This document shows positions 37,148 to 51,555 of a DNA stretch of 64,000 bases, piece by piece (position 1 is the stretch's first letter; every line of letters starts with the position of its first letter). The DNA is taken from assembly GCA_951406725.2 (NCBI GenBank), contig OX597815.1, positions 63,736,001-63,800,000 on the forward strand. The letters are read 5' to 3'. The translations under genes and the position numbers were made by a program. Below the pieces are notes generated by a model. The model saw nothing but the letters and a program-made list of their open reading frames with translations. It did no database searches and had not been told where the DNA came from. This stretch comes from Octopus vulgaris (taxonomy: Eukaryota).

Positions 37148-37279
37148 ACATATGTAACTGAGTTTAACTCTGCCTTTATAACCATCAATTTGAGTTCTCT
37201 TTATGCCTGTTGATCTGGTTGGATATTTTATTCTGTTTTATATGGACGTAGTCTGTTTAATTCTCTTTTTTCTTCACCA

Positions 37280-37535
37280 GGGCCGGCGTGCTGGTACAAT
37301 CGTTAGCACGGCAGGCAAAATGCTTAAAGGTATTTCGTCCGTCTTAACGTTTTGAGTTCAAATTCTGCCGAGGTCGACTTTACCTTTCGTTCTTCGGGGT
37401 CGATAAAATAAGTAATAGGTACCAGTTGAGTGTTGAGGTCAATAAAATAAGACCAGCTAAGAACTGGAGTCGATGTCATCGACTTGTCCCCTAACTCGAA
37501 ATTGCTGACCTTATGCCAAAATTTGAAACCAATAT
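37280..37535 (+). mobile_element. SINE family B
   Basis: ggccggcgtgctggtacaatcgttagcacg...gagttcaaattctgccgaggtcgact...aatttgaaaccaat. Confidence 0.8.
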
Positions 37536-40036
37536 TATTGTTTCGTCATTTTTGTCGAGGCGTGTTAATGTTGTCCGCTTTCTAGTTGTTGCATATATAT
37601 TGGTGCAGTGACTTGTTTGGATTTAAAGTTATTTGTATTCATAGAGAATTTTGTGTTTTTCATGTATATTTGTAAGAGATTCTTCAGAACATGTATCTTG
37701 TTTGTCAAAAATAAGGAGTCCTTTACTCACAGGTGCTAGTTTTGTCATTTCATTTACTTGCTCACATGAAGATGCACAGAAGACTTTTTCCTGTTCGTTG
37801 GTCATCTGTTATTTTTTTAATAGGTGACCATATCCTGTTTTGTTTAACATGTTTTTATTTCCTTTTCCTATTTTGACGTGGGTTTATGTATGTATCTGTG
37901 GAAATATTGATTCGAATAGTGTTGGTGGTTCCATTCCTGTATATAATAGATTATTGGAATGTATTTGGGCAGGTAGCTACTCCTCTATTGCTGTTGACAT
38001 TTCCGTGTTTTCAATCCCCGCATAATTATTGCTGATCGTCTATCTTGTAAATTGGACCAAATTTTGAAAATGAATTTTTTTCGGTGTTTGCAGTGTGACA
38101 CGTTTTCACTTCTCTTTTTACAGCAAATGTATATATTCTGAGATAATGTTTTATTTTCTGTTATTCTTTGGGAATATACTTCAGATGAATTAATATAAGA
38201 TGGTGTGTTGTCTACTAGTTTTCTTTTATATTCGTTTTATGCAACTTTCCGTTCAATCCGGGGCATATTAATATTAAAACGTAGTATATTTTTTTTCACT
38301 TCCCAAACTTGAATGGGTGCAGTCGTTTTGTACATCTGAAGAATCCACTGGGTGAGACAATACAGTTTTCGACAATCTATCTCTTTGCAATATTGCTTCT
38401 TTATAGACTACTCTTTACTCTTCTCTAAGCAGTTCCTCTTAAAAGAAAAGGCTTTATTTACTGCATTTCTATGTGATTTCAGCTACATGCCATACGCTTC
38501 TTGATATGTTGTTGTTTAAAGATTGATTTCTCTTTACGTCAAACGAATCTAAGCTAATTTACTCAATTTTATTGCCTGTAAAGAAAAAGCTTTTAATTCC
38601 GCCGGTAGAAAGTTGTTTAATCTCTTTGATGTACAGGTATTTCGGCCGTTTATGTAGATACAAGATTCAGTTATTATAGGTGATTTTGTTTGCTTTTCCT
38701 TGTTTAAGGGGGCATTTTTACTCAATATGATCTATCATTTATTGCTTCATTCACATTTGATAAGCTTTTTAGAAGGAAATATTTTCAAATTTCAGCCAAT
38801 ATTAATACACCCATTTTCTGACTTGAATAGATTAAGCTTCTAAATCTGATGGGTGGATATTTGTCAGATATCCTTGCAATAGAGCTACCGCGGCCATCCG
38901 GTCTACAGAAGATTCGGGGTTTGTTTCTGGACATTCCGGTCATTTTTACTGTCTAACAGTTGTCTTTATCCGATATAAAGTGAGTTATCATTTATAGCTT
39001 CGTTTGAATGTGAACAGCTTCATAAACATATACACACACATTCACACATACATACTCACTCACGCATACACAGGCGCGTGCACGCACACACACATTTCAA
39101 TATATTGTCTGATTTTATTTTTAAGTATTTATTCTATAAGCATATAAATCAGTGTAGATATTACTGTTCTAAATCAGATTACTTTCACATTATTGAGCCC
39201 TTTTCCTAATTGCATTGCACATAAAAATATTTTCCGTATAACTGCAAGACATTTATTCATGTAATTCCTATGATTCCTATACATACATACGTGCTAACAT
39301 ACACGTACAAATATGTATGTATGTATGCATGTATGTATGTATGTATGTATGTATGTATGTATGTATGTATGTATGTATGTATGTATGCATGCATAAACGT
39401 TCGTATGTATGTTGTAAATGAATATAGAGGAAGAGACGTTGTGGAATTTATGTGCAGATTACTGTAGTGAGACAGATGTAAGGTAAAAACCGACTGCGTG
39501 TGTTTGAATTGATGTGTGTGTGTGAGTGAGAGAGAGAGTGTGTGTGTGAGTGGAAGACCCAGAGGCAAAGAAAAAGTGTGTGAAAGATATTGAGGATATG
39601 TTATAGAAAAGTGCGAAATAGAAAAGATATATGGGGAGGAAGAGGTTTGGTAGTGGGGGATGCTAGTGCTGGCTCTTATTCTGTTGTGTATGGTGGCTGT
39701 GGTGACGGTGATAGTGATAAAGTTGTGTTGCACATAAAATGCTTGCGGTGGTGGCGGCGGGATGGTGGCGGCGGTGGTGGTGGGAGAGGAGGAGTTGAAC
39801 AGAAAGTGAAAGAAAGAATGATTGTAGGAATGGGGTGAGGTGTATGGAGGAAGAAAACCGGAGGGAGTATAAGGAGAGTGTTGGGGGTAAAACTGAATAA
39901 GGTGAAGAGTGTAAGAGAAAATATATAAGGGAGAAAGAAAGGAACAGATAGACAGACAAAATGAGAGAGAGCAAGAAAAAGATAACGGGAGAGGATGCGA
40001 GGAATATGTGTGTGTTGTGTGTGTGTTTGTATGACT

Positions 40037-40093
<57 letters not shown>

Positions 40094-40664
40094 TGTATAA
40101 ATACATTTATACATACAAACATAGACACACTCACACATATATACATGTATACGTATACACATGTATACGTATACACATATTTATATTTGTATATATACGT
40201 ATTATGTATGTATATAAATATATATGTATGTATGTATGAATATTAGTATGTATGTATATAATTATGTATGTTTGTATGTATGCAAGTATGTATATATGTA
40301 TGTATATAAGTATGTATGTATGTATGTATGTATGTATGTATGTATGTATGTATAAAGAAAGAGTGCCTGTGGAAGGGGAGGGGGGATAGAGTCGACACTC
40401 TTTTCGCATTTTCTTTTACTTTGTCAACACAGGTTTCCCGCGAAAACCTGTCAACAAAGTCTGGTCGAATTTACGAGTTGATTCGGCGCCAAAAAGATGC
40501 TTTTCGCCATTTTGTCTTCTTTTAACAGCTCTCTCCTCCCCAGCCACTTTGCCTTCCCGCCAAATTCTCTACTGATTTTCTTCTTTTATTTTGTTTTAAG
40601 CTTTTCTGCATTGCAACAACCACAACAACAGCAGCAGCGCTGCTGCTGCTGCTACTGCTACTAT

Positions 40665-40699
<35 letters not shown>

Positions 40700-41369
40700 T
40701 AAACTATTTAATACGGTTATCTCCGTAACACTAACAACAACTGTTCGAGCTAAAATCCTAGATTCGTATCAATGTGAGACTTTTATGTACTTACTAATCT
40801 TGTTAGAAATACTAGCAAAATTTCTCTGGAATCACAGCCTATCGTTGCAAATATAGAAAGATGCATTGACTGATGTAGTTTCTGATTTACAAAAAAAGAA
40901 AGAAAAGAAAATAAAGAAACAAAGAATGAAACGAAAATACAGAACTGAAAGGTCACAGCTGGAAGGTTTTGATTATGGATATTTTCGATCAGAATTGACC
41001 CCGAGGCTTACAAACAACAACACCATCATAACTACACAGTATTCAAAAGAAGGCGATCCATCAAATTGGCAAAGACTCACTAATCGGTTCCTTAAAAGTC
41101 TTTTTCATTTGTCTCTGTCTCTATAACTGTAACGCTCTCTCTCTCACCCTGCTTCTCTCGACCAAGCCTCAAATAACCACTCCACCCATGTTCATTCAAC
41201 CCCTTTATCTCTCCTCCCCTTCTTCGCTTCTTCTTGATCCTCTTCTTCTTCCTCTCCTCTTCCTCTACCTCCTCTTCCACTTTCTCTTTCATTATTTTGT
41301 CTCCCATCATTCTGTTTGATACTACCCCTTAGATTCTAGCGGAATCCATCTTGTTGACGTCTTATGAGA

Positions 41370-41590
41370 CAAGAACTGTTAGAGCCTCGGATAGTGGACC
41401 TCGCTGTATCTATACCGGCTTTCAGCGCTCTGAGTTCGAATCCCACCGAGGTCAACTTTGCCTTTCATCGCTTCTGAGTCAATACATAAAGTACTAATTC
41501 AGAACCTTTAAATAACATTGGACAATCGAATAAGATACCTGTGGTATTTTCCGGTTCTTTGGTTTCTGAGTTCAAATCTTAACCTGGCCG
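41370..41590 (+). mobile_element. Decayed SINE family B pieces
   Basis: tctgagttcgaatcccaccgaggtcaactttgcctttcatc and a second ttctgagttcaaatc. Confidence 0.55.
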
Positions 41591-41789
41591 ACTGGTTTGA
41601 TAGACTTAATCCATGGCCTGGTTTAGCACCACTACTTGGAACCTTGGGTAACTTTTACGGAATCCACTTACTCTAAATCATCCAGGCCAGGTCCCTGCTT
41701 TGAGAAACCACCCTCCCTCTCATGAGTCTTGAAGGCTCTGTAAAGGACTCATTCCTCTTACCACCTGACTAAAAAGATATAAAAAAGTT

Positions 41790-42010
41790 CTTTCATGAGT
41801 CTTAGAGCCCCACAAATTTAACGAAGGTTGTCCTTCCTCCTCTACGTACATCATTCAAGAAACAAATTTAAAACCCCCACGTTAAGCACATCTTTTAATG
41901 TCCCCGCCTCACCAGATCTGAAAGGTTCTGGAATTCTGTTTCTACCCATTTTTATTGCAGACACCGACCTCCAGATCTTCAAATGTAACATGAAACACAT
42001 CAATCTGCAA
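41790..42010 (+). mobile_element. Probable CR1/L2 LINE 3' fragment
   Basis: RFWNS..LP..F...DLQIFKCNMKHINL resembles a CR1 ORF2 C-terminus. Confidence 0.4.
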
Positions 42011-42314
42011 GGGTCAGCAGAGGTCAGCACCTTTGCGCCTTCTACATTCACTGTCTAATTGAACAAAAACAATCAGTTCCCAAACGAAATCGATTTTAAC
42101 GCTGTAACCATCAATATCAATATTTCCACTATTACAGCTACTACTAGTAACTACTACTGCTGCTGCTGCACTACTACTACCACTACCACTACTACTACTG
42201 CTAATGTTGTTGCTGCTGAGGCTGCTCTTGCTGATGCTACTACTACTGCTGCTGCTGCAGCTGTTGTTCCTTTACAGCCACCGCCATATTCTCGAACCTG
42301 AAATTACAACCCCT

Positions 42315-42545
42315 TATGGGGTTGACCTCCTAGAAATAGCAACCAAATTCACTCAAACTATACTTGACTATGTTATAAAAGAAACAACACATTGAGAATG
42401 TAGCACCAGATATAGAAAACGGGGGTAAGTTCGCGGCTAGCACACCTTCCATCTTAAAAGTGTTGTACTCGGTAATGATGGTGACCATAGCTGGTTGTTT
42501 AAACCCAGGCCTGATTGAGAAGGCCTGGAGTTAAACAACGACAGC
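42315..42545 (+). repeat. Dispersed repeat family D (unclassified retroposon)
   Basis: gacct.ctagaaatagcaaccaaat...gatggtgaccatagctgg...gttaaacaac. Related copies at ~22150-22520, 30985-31155 and 52725-52915. Confidence 0.55.
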
Positions 42546-43334
42546 AACAATACGATCATCGTTTTAATGATAGCTCTTTACAGTGAAGGCAGCAGCAACA
42601 GCAGTAGCAACAACAGCAACAGCAGCATCAGCTACAACAGTAGCAACAGGCCTCACGTTTTACAAGTTTTCCCATCGTTCCGATTCATGAACCATTTCTT
42701 CCCTAATGATTCCCTACTTTAACACCATTTTGGCTGACGCAGTGACTTCTTGTGTGTGTGTGTGTGTGTGTGTGTGAACATGGGTTTGTGTGTGACTGTT
42801 TGCGATTTTGTATGTAGTTACGTCTGGACGTGTTTCATTTATTTATGCCTATGACTGTGTTGGTATGAGTGCTTGTGTGAGTGTGTGTTTCTTTCAGTGT
42901 GCGTATAATTGTATATGAGCGTGCGTGCCTAGATGTGTATATGTTAGATGGCAAAAGGCCAGAATCGTTAGAACATCGGACTCGATCCTTTGTGGTATTC
43001 ATTGTGGCTGTTTGCTCGCCGAGATCAAAACCTACCGACGTAAACTCTACTTTTCAACCTCCCGAGATCGATACTTTCCAGCACCAGTCTCAACTCTCTC
43101 TCTCTCTCTCTCTCTTTATCTGTCTATCTATCTATCTCTCGTTCTCTTTCCCTTTCTTTCTCGTTCTTTTCTTCCCTCACTCGTGCTTTCTCTCTCTCTC
43201 TCGTTCTTCCACCACTCTCTCTAGATTATACCTGTACTTCAAAATCCAGTTTGGTCGCATTTTGTTATAGTGATTCAAATAAAACTTGCGTTAATGAGGA
43301 AATAATTAGTGTAAGGATCAGAGTTTAACATGAA

Positions 43335-43550
43335 TATTGGTTTCAAATTTTGGCACAAGGTCAGTATGTTTGAAGGAGGGGTAAGTCGATTACATTGATG
43401 CCAGCACTCAATTGGTACTCACTTTATCGAATCCGAGAGAATGAAATGTAAAGTCGACCACGGCGGAATTTGAACACAGAAGGCAAAGACGGGCGAAATG
43501 CCGCTAGGCAGTGTGCCCAGATGCTAACGATTCTACCAGGCCACCGCCTT
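43335..43550 (-). mobile_element. SINE family B
   Basis: ggtttcaaattttggcacaagg...aaagtcgaccacggcggaatttgaac...ctaacgattctaccagg. Confidence 0.8.
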
Positions 43551-43609
43551 AAGGTTAGCATGAATATTAAAGACTGCTTTAATATTTTTGCAGTTTCTCT
43601 CACACACAC

Positions 43610-45500
43610 AGTATGTGCTTATCGCAGAGGCATATTCCAAGGGGACAGCTTCTCTGAGATGTTGTTTATACCTTCTGTAAACCCCTTGTCATTCATCTTA
43701 ATGACGTCTGAAGGACCTCTCACTGGTTCACGAGGAAACAGAAATACCAAAATTACTCACTGTTTCTATGTGGATGACTTGAAACTATATGCAAAGAATA
43801 TGCATGAGATGAAAGAAAGCCTTGACCTAGTTACAACATTCTCAAATGATATAGCTTTGGAATTTGGTCAGCATACATGCTGCTATATGGTTGTGAAAAG
43901 AGGGAAAACTGTAAAACAGGCTAACAACATCTTTATCAATGACTTAATTGTTTCCACTGTATCCAACGAAAAATGTTACAGATACCTTGGGGTGAATGAA
44001 AACATATCGTAAAATGGTGCCTGTAAAAAGATACGTGCTACCAAAGAAAATTACAGCCTAATAAAGTAAATTTTCACTTCGGAACTCGCAACATTCAATA
44101 AAACTATGGCTCACAATGTGTTTGCAGTGCCAGTACTCATGCCAACATTGGTTTACTTGATTGGACGCTTGATGGGATCCGAGCCATTGATATGAAAATC
44201 CGAAAAATACTAACAAGCACACATAATTTCCAAATCAACAGTGACGTAAACCGCCTCTACCTAAAGCGAAAACAAAGGGCAGAGACTTAACAACTATCCA
44301 GACTGTCTTTGAATGTTGTATCATAAGCCTTCGGCAACATCTTTTAACCACCAAATATCGAAGTGCATCTCTTGACAAAGTTTGCATACATGAGGCTGAT
44401 AACATCATAAGACGTGGAAAGTAACTCCTTCGGTAGCATTCCTTGTCTCATAACCTTAAATTCATGCCCAAAGAAGACACACAACCCTACGTGATGCATC
44501 ATCAGATGAAAGGATGAGCGTATACGAGCAGAAGGCTCCGAGATGATATTAACATTGATCATCATAGCAGTCTATCATGGTCCAGCAACCGGATTACTAG
44601 CTGCCACGTTGAAGGGTATGTGTTTGCAGTCCAGGAACAAGAAACATCAATCAAATACCTGATGCACAAAAAGGACAGAGACGCAGGAAAAGCAGCAAAA
44701 TGTGATAATTGATGCAAACTTTGTGGAGTTAACACTGAAGATATCATCTACATCATAAGCAGTTCTCCAAGAATGCTGTCACAGTATTATCAACCGATGA
44801 GACATGATGTTGTAGCTGGGACACTGATAATGAAATTCGTCGGAAAGACAACACCGAGGCTAAAGAAATAAGAACCTGCAGCAGGGTAGAAGGCATGGCC
44901 TCTAATAATAAAAAGGAGAACTGGTGGAATATCCCAGTGAAAACTTCAATAAAATGTAAACACCTTAGACCTAACATAGTAATTTGGGATAGAGAAAAGA
45001 AACTTTATACCGTTGGGGGAATTAGTTGCCCAGCAGATGTTAACTTAATACTAAGACCAGCGAAAAAGAAAATACCCACGCTGAACTATTGAGAAATCTA
45101 CAGTTACTCTTTTCAGATTACAAGTGCAGATATATTCCTGTAATTATTGGGGCACTGGGATATGTCACACACTGCCTAAATACCAATCTTGAGAAATCAG
45201 TCTTCTCAAAATAAGAAAGGAGAAAGCTGATTCAAAGACTACAAATCCAAGCCATCACTGGAACTGTAAATATCTATAAAACTTTCCAGAAGTTTATCAT
45301 TTATGTATATATGAGCATGTCTAGATATGCAAGTATATGCATGAGAATACATACATAAAACAAAACCTACAACTCTGCACACATACATACATACAAAAAT
45401 AACCTGTTGATGTTGAAATCTCAATGAAGGAGCCTCTGGCCTAGTTTAGGAACCGGATCTTTCTCTATTGGCAAGAAATCTTGAAATAAAACTGAATAAT
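43610..45500 (+). mobile_element. R4/Dong-like RLE LINE, 5'-truncated
   Basis: RRGIFQGDSFS..LF..SVNPLS, HCFYVDDLKLYAK, YRYLGVNE, HVEGYVFAVQEQE, C.LCG...EDI.HIIS, KCKHLRPNIVIWDREKK, ISCPADVN. Confidence 0.9.
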
Positions 45501-46206
45501 GGCATACATACATACATACATGCATACATGCATGGAAGTGCGCGTGTGCATGCGTGTGCATGCGTGCGCCCGCGTGCGTGCGTGTGTGCCCGTGTGTGCG
45601 TGTGTTCTCAGAATGATAAAGAGTAGTTTTTTCATGTCTGTGAAACGTTAAGCAGTTCAGGTCAAATATATAGATTCCTCGAAACGATTTTAGTGATCTT
45701 TTCTTCCTTTTGTACACCCGGCCAACCCTTCCATAAATTTATCTATGTATCTCAACCCTTCCATTCTCTCTCTCTTTCTCTCTTTCTCTGTCTCTGTTTA
45801 TCTCTCTCTCTCTCTCTCTCTCTCACTCTCTCTCTGTACACATACACACACTCACGCACGCACACACACGGCTTTTGAATGATCAGAAATTCACAGAATA
45901 GATATTTTAAAAATTAAATATTTTAATTGAGACTCGATGTGAGATGCAAGAGAAGAACAAAGGGAATGGATCAAAATAAAATTTAGCTTTCTCATACATC
46001 TTCATCAGGCAGAAAAAACTATCCAATTTGTGTCCAATTTATTAGAGGTATTAGTGGCTTTATAGCTATATTTATCCTATTCACATTTACAAATTAGACC
46101 CTCATAATCAGTCTAATTTGCATAACAGGGCAACCAGTTAAAACATGTATAAATTTACTGCGTAATACGGCGTTCTCAGATGATTTACAATTTTACAATT
46201 TTAATA

Positions 46207-46520
46207 TCTTTTCGTTTTACTTGCTTCAGTCATGAGACGGTGGCCATGCTGGGGCACCATCTTGAATTTTTACTCGAATGTATCGACCCCAGTACTTATT
46301 TTTTTTATTAGCCTGGTATTTATTCTATGGGTCATGGTGGCGGTGGGACAAACACAGATACAAACACACACACACACATATACGACGAGCTTCTTTCGAT
46401 TTCCGTCAACCAAATTCACTCACAAGGCTTTGGTCGGCGCAACTCACAAGGCGGTACGCAGCGAGACAGAACTCGGGATCATGTGGTTGGGAATCAAGCT
46501 TCTTATCACAGCGATGCCTG

Positions 46521-46578
<58 letters not shown>

Positions 46579-47100
46579 TAGATAGATAGATAGATATTAA
46601 GCACCCTGCCAGTCGTGTATTCAGCCATTTTCTCTCTCTCCCTTTCCCTCTCTTTCCCCGACTCTCTCTCTCTCTATCTACTTATCTGTCTATCTATATG
46701 TCTGTCTGTCTGCCTCTTTATTTATCTACCTATCAATAAATCTTTTATCCTTTATTCTTTTACTTACTTCAGTCATCAGACTGCGGCCATGCTGTGGTTT
46801 TAAAGGGTTTTAATTGAACAAATCGACACCAGGATTTAATTTCTGTTTTAAGTCTGGTACTTACTGCATCTGTCTCTTTTTCTGTACATAGTCACGGGGA
46901 GGTAAACAAACCAACGCCAATTATCAATTATACATATACAAACGCACAAAGATATAAATATATCCGTCATATGGCAGGCTTCCGTACAGTTTCCATCAAC
47001 CAAATTCATTTACTTAGTATTGATTGGTCCGAGGTAATAGTAGAAAATACTTGCCCATGTTGGTGTTCATTGGGAGTGAACCCGAAACCACGTAGCTACA
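46207..47100 (-). mobile_element. Two SINE family A copies (46207-46522 and 46741-47100)
   Basis: Both begin tcttt..ttttacttg/acttcagtcat...ggccatgctg and end at a tRNA-like head. Confidence 0.75.
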
Positions 47101-48309
47101 ACGTCACCATAAGCTGAAGCATTTAATTCAATTATCTAAAAATGTTTAATCATTTGTTTCTTTTAATTAAATAAAGGAAAAAGCATTGCCTTCAAGGATG
47201 TGACAGCTAGAGCGAAAGAGGGAGAGAGAGAGTCACTGTGTGTGAGAGAGACAGAGACAGAGAGAGAAAGGGAAAAAGAAAGTGATGGAGAAAGATAGAG
47301 ACGGAGAGAGAAAGAGAGACATAGAGAAAAACAAGGAGGGGGACAGAGAGAGAAAGAGAGAGTGAGTAAGACATAAAGAGATATATAAACAGAGCAAGAA
47401 AAACGGAGCAAAAGAAAAAGAGAGAGAGAGCTGCACTATCACTAAGCTAGAACTCATCCTCGCCGACACACTTTTCTGCAAAATATGGATAGTTTATCCT
47501 GTTCATTCTATATTATTAGCATTATCCTGTGTTTGAGAATAAAATTATTTCCTTACCTTGTTAAGGTTTTCATTCAAATTTAATATTTTGATGTATAACA
47601 TAATCTGCATCAATTGATGGCATCAACTTAAATATTAGGATTCTCTCGCATGCAAACTCACCGCGGTAGTCATAATAATACATCATCCACTTATTAAACT
47701 CTTATGTAAAATTTCCTGTATGATAAACACACACACTCACATATACACACACATACACTCACACACCTAGTTGTTTATTTTATTTTAACCTTTGTGGTGT
47801 ATGAAAATAAATACATGTGTATACAAAAGTCACGAATGCTTAAATTCATGGACGCAAAAATACATATAGACACACATAATGTTGTACTGTGTATAGATTC
47901 ATGAATAGATATTATGAATACAGCAGGGTGTAATAATATGTCTACATACAAACATGCATGTCAGCATTGCGATGTTTTCATTTTTAAGTTTAACTCTATA
48001 GATTTCCTATAGAATTCAGAGCCAGCATTGAAAGTTATGAAGTTTTGTAAACTATTACATCTATGTAAACAATGCAATCGAAGACAGAAAAAATTAGGTA
48101 ATGGGTGTATATGCATATTTCTAGATTTATTGCTCTTTCATCAGCACCTCATCCAACCCATTAACTATCTACGAACAAATTGCTTAAATACTCACTAAAT
48201 TTAGCGGTGTAACGCAGTTGGATAGAACAATTTACATACTAAACACATTCCTGGCAACAGGTACGCAAATATTAATTGCTGTTAAGGAAGCAGTATTTCG
48301 CTTTTGCAG

Positions 48310-48650
48310 TGTAGACTGTGGTCAAAGCCTGGCTGGAGAGGGTTGCTGCTTGAACGTCATATGTGTGGCAGTAGAATTTAGCTCCTTGTCATACCTCCGG
48401 AGAGAGTCAGAAATGGCTGTATGAGAATTTCTACGACTTTACCGGATTTAATTTCTGGCCTTTAAATACCCACTGATTGTAATCTTTTGGATTACTATTT
48501 GTAGGGCGCGGCTGAAGAAAACACCAACAAACAGCTCTGCATGCAGCACCAAGGCCGAGCTAATGGCCACGATCAAGGAAATGTTCGAAGATCTTCCCAG
48601 GAACACATGCGTCAGTTTCGGAATCGTCTTAAAGCCATGAAAGAAGTTTA
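48310..48650 (+). mobile_element. maT (DD37D-like) transposase 3' fragment
   Basis: WLERVAA..YVWQ*NLAPCHTSGESQKWLYENFYDF..FWP..DCNLLDYY..STKAELMATIKEMFEDLPR. Confidence 0.75.
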
Positions 48651-49200
48651 GAAATATTCTGTTTCAATTTTTGCATTATGGGAAAATATAAGGTGGCTAA
48701 CACTGAGACACAAGAGTAGTAGTAGTAGTGGTGGTGGTGGTTTAATGTGGAACAGTTAGTTTGAATGAAGATTATCATAAGGTGAGTGGAAAAGATTTAT
48801 TATTCTTCCTGTCTCTATAGTCGATAGTCGTTGTCATCGTTGTTGGGAAGTGTTGTTTTGCAGGTATCGATGCTGCTGTTGTTGTTGCTCTTCTTCTTGT
48901 TGCTGTAGTCGTCCTTGTCATTATCGTGGTTCTCGTTAGAGTTGTTCTTTAAGTATTGTTGTTCCCCATGTTGCTGTAACTGTTTTGATGTTGTACGACA
49001 AATTTATATCAAATACAATGTTTGCTATTCCACTCAACTCCCAGGCGGATCAATTTGTAACAATTTTGCTATATTTCTTCTTTCAAGCCGATATGTTAGG
49101 TTCAATGACATTTCTTCTACTTTTTCCCCTTCGTTTACTATCACCGTTCATACTTGGTGCCTTTTTTCCGACATTTTCCCTTCCTTTTATTATTTTCATA

Positions 49201-49586
49201 CGCGCAGGCATGGCTGTGTAGTAAGAAGCTTGCTTCCCAACCACATGTTCCAGGGTTCAGTCCCACTGCGTGGTACCTTGGTACCTCGGGCTGACCAGTC
49301 TGAGTGCATTTAGTAGACGGAAATTGAAAGAAACCTGTCGTACACATGTGTGTGTGTGGACTTATGCGTGTGTGTCTTTGCGCCTGTGTTCGATCCCCCA
49401 CCATCATTTAACAACGGATGTTGTCCCCGTAACTTAACGATTCGCAAAAGAAACCGATAGAATAAATACTAGGCTTACAAAAAATAAGCCCTAGGGTTAA
49501 TATCTTCAACTAAAACCCTATAAAGCGGTGCTCCAGCATGGCCGCAATCAAATGACTGAAACGTGTAAAAGAATAAAAGAATAAAA
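49201..49586 (+). mobile_element. SINE family A, near full length
   Basis: cgcgcaggcatggctgtgtagtaagaagcttgcttcccaaccacatg...gcggtgctccagcatggccgca...aaaagaataaaagaata. Confidence 0.85.
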
Positions 49587-50449
49587 TACTTTAATGTTGT
49601 TGCCCTAAGTCTGTAAATGGGTGTGAAAAGGATGTATTTATGTTCACATTAGGGTTACCTTCATAGTAGTGGTCACCTCCTCTCGTTCTTTCATGAGATG
49701 AAGTCTAGTAAACCTTGATTACAGAAAGCACTAAAATAACGAATAAAATGCATTTTATCACCCCAGGTGGACGAGTAAACAATGAAATACTCCAAAGTCT
49801 TCTTAATGCGCTAAGGAGTAATTTTTCCATTGAACATGCAAATATGTGAAATTCTGTCTTTGAGAAGTTCGTGTATTGAAATAGGACCCGAGTGTAATAT
49901 TTTAATTTTTTGTAGTTGATAAAATAAAATCGAATGTATTTGATTAGTGATACTGGCTTAAGAAGACGAGAAAATAAATTAGAAAAAAAACATAGGGATA
50001 TATAAGGCTTTATATAAGGATATATAAGGGCAATATGTAGAAAATATTACTTAAGATATTTTCTTCTGTAGTGTGGAGATAGTAAAGCTCAGTAAACTAC
50101 GTTTCAACTTTTCCTCAATCATGCCTATGTAGCGTATGTGCACAATGCCCAGGTTTGGTGAGTTGGAGATAACCTAAGCTTCGTATACAATGGGTACTGC
50201 TTTACAAGATGAACTTAGCATATATTTGTTGGTGTTTCTACGCACTCAATTAGTTTGTTAGTCATACAAGATAAAATATCGTTGGAATTGATAGTGAGAC
50301 CGTCACACACACACATATAAATATAGATATCGTGATTAGAATTTGTGTCTCATTGTATAAGCTCTTAATTTAATGCCTCTGTTCCGAAAATTAATTCCCA
50401 CTTCCGTCAACACGTACACGAAAATCTGCGTTCCTCTATTTGCTGTGTG

Positions 50450-50655
<206 letters not shown>

Positions 50656-50821
50656 CATACATACATATATGGATACATATATATACACACATACATACAC
50701 ACACACACACATATATATATGACCACACGCACACACATAATTACCTAATTGTTAACTTCTAGTTACTTTCATAGCTTATTTCATTTGATTTTGTGCGTTT
50801 ATGCGTGTTTTTTTGTTTGTT

Positions 50822-50873
<52 letters not shown>

Positions 50874-51034
50874 TGTGTGTAGCTGTGTGAAGATATCGGC
50901 TTAAGAGATTCAATTCAATACTGCCATTGTTGCTATCATATCGAACAACAATAACAACAGAAACAAAGAACAACAACAACAATAGTGGCAACAACGGCGT
51001 TATCAACAACAGAAGCAGCAGCACTTGCAGCACT

Positions 51035-51069
<35 letters not shown>

Positions 51070-51366
51070 CTGCAGTAACGTATAGGATGATAGACATTGA
51101 GAAATATACCTAACAATTATTGCATTGGATCACATGGCAATGTGATCATAGAATTTATAATTAGCAACATTTTCAACAAGAACAACAACAGCAACAAGAA
51201 AAGCATTAAGAACATCAACAATAACAATAAGACGTACAATAACAACTGCAACAATATTTTACAAAAACGTTTACAACAACAACGATGAAGACGATGATGA
51301 CAATAACAACGGCAGTTACAACATCAATTGTATCAACAACAATAAGGTCTGCAACAACAGCAAGAG

Positions 51367-51555
51367 TGGAGGCGCAATGGCCCAGTGGTTAGGGCAGCGG
51401 ACTCGCGGTCTTAAGAACGCGGTTTCGATTCCCAGACCGGGCATTGTGAGTGTTTATTGAACAAAAACACCAAAGCTCCACGAGGCTACGGCGGGGAGGG
51501 GTAGTGAACCCCGCTCTACTCTTTCACCACAGCTTTCTCTCACTCTTTCTTCATA
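51367..51555 (+). mobile_element. tRNA-Arg-derived SINE (family C, OR-like)
   Basis: ggaggcgcaatggcccagtggttagggcagcggacTCGcgg...ggtttcgattccc (A and B boxes, TCG anticodon-like loop), followed by a non-tRNA body. Confidence 0.8.

Noticed and set aside
37540-39000. AT-rich 1.5-kb block as a possible coding remnant
   Set aside because: No interpretable motifs found by eye. Probably an old TE linked to the hammerhead at 37107, but unsupported.
39257-40176. 301-aa and 166-aa minus-strand ORFs
   Set aside because: Mosaics of microsatellite and purine-rich low-complexity sequence.
45983-46010. CTGATGAAG...GAAAGCT hammerhead-like motif on minus
   Set aside because: Stems I and II do not pair, so it is too decayed to call as a feature.
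51367-51440. tRNA-Arg gene
   Set aside because: The cloverleaf is imperfect and it runs into a SINE body with no poly-T terminator.
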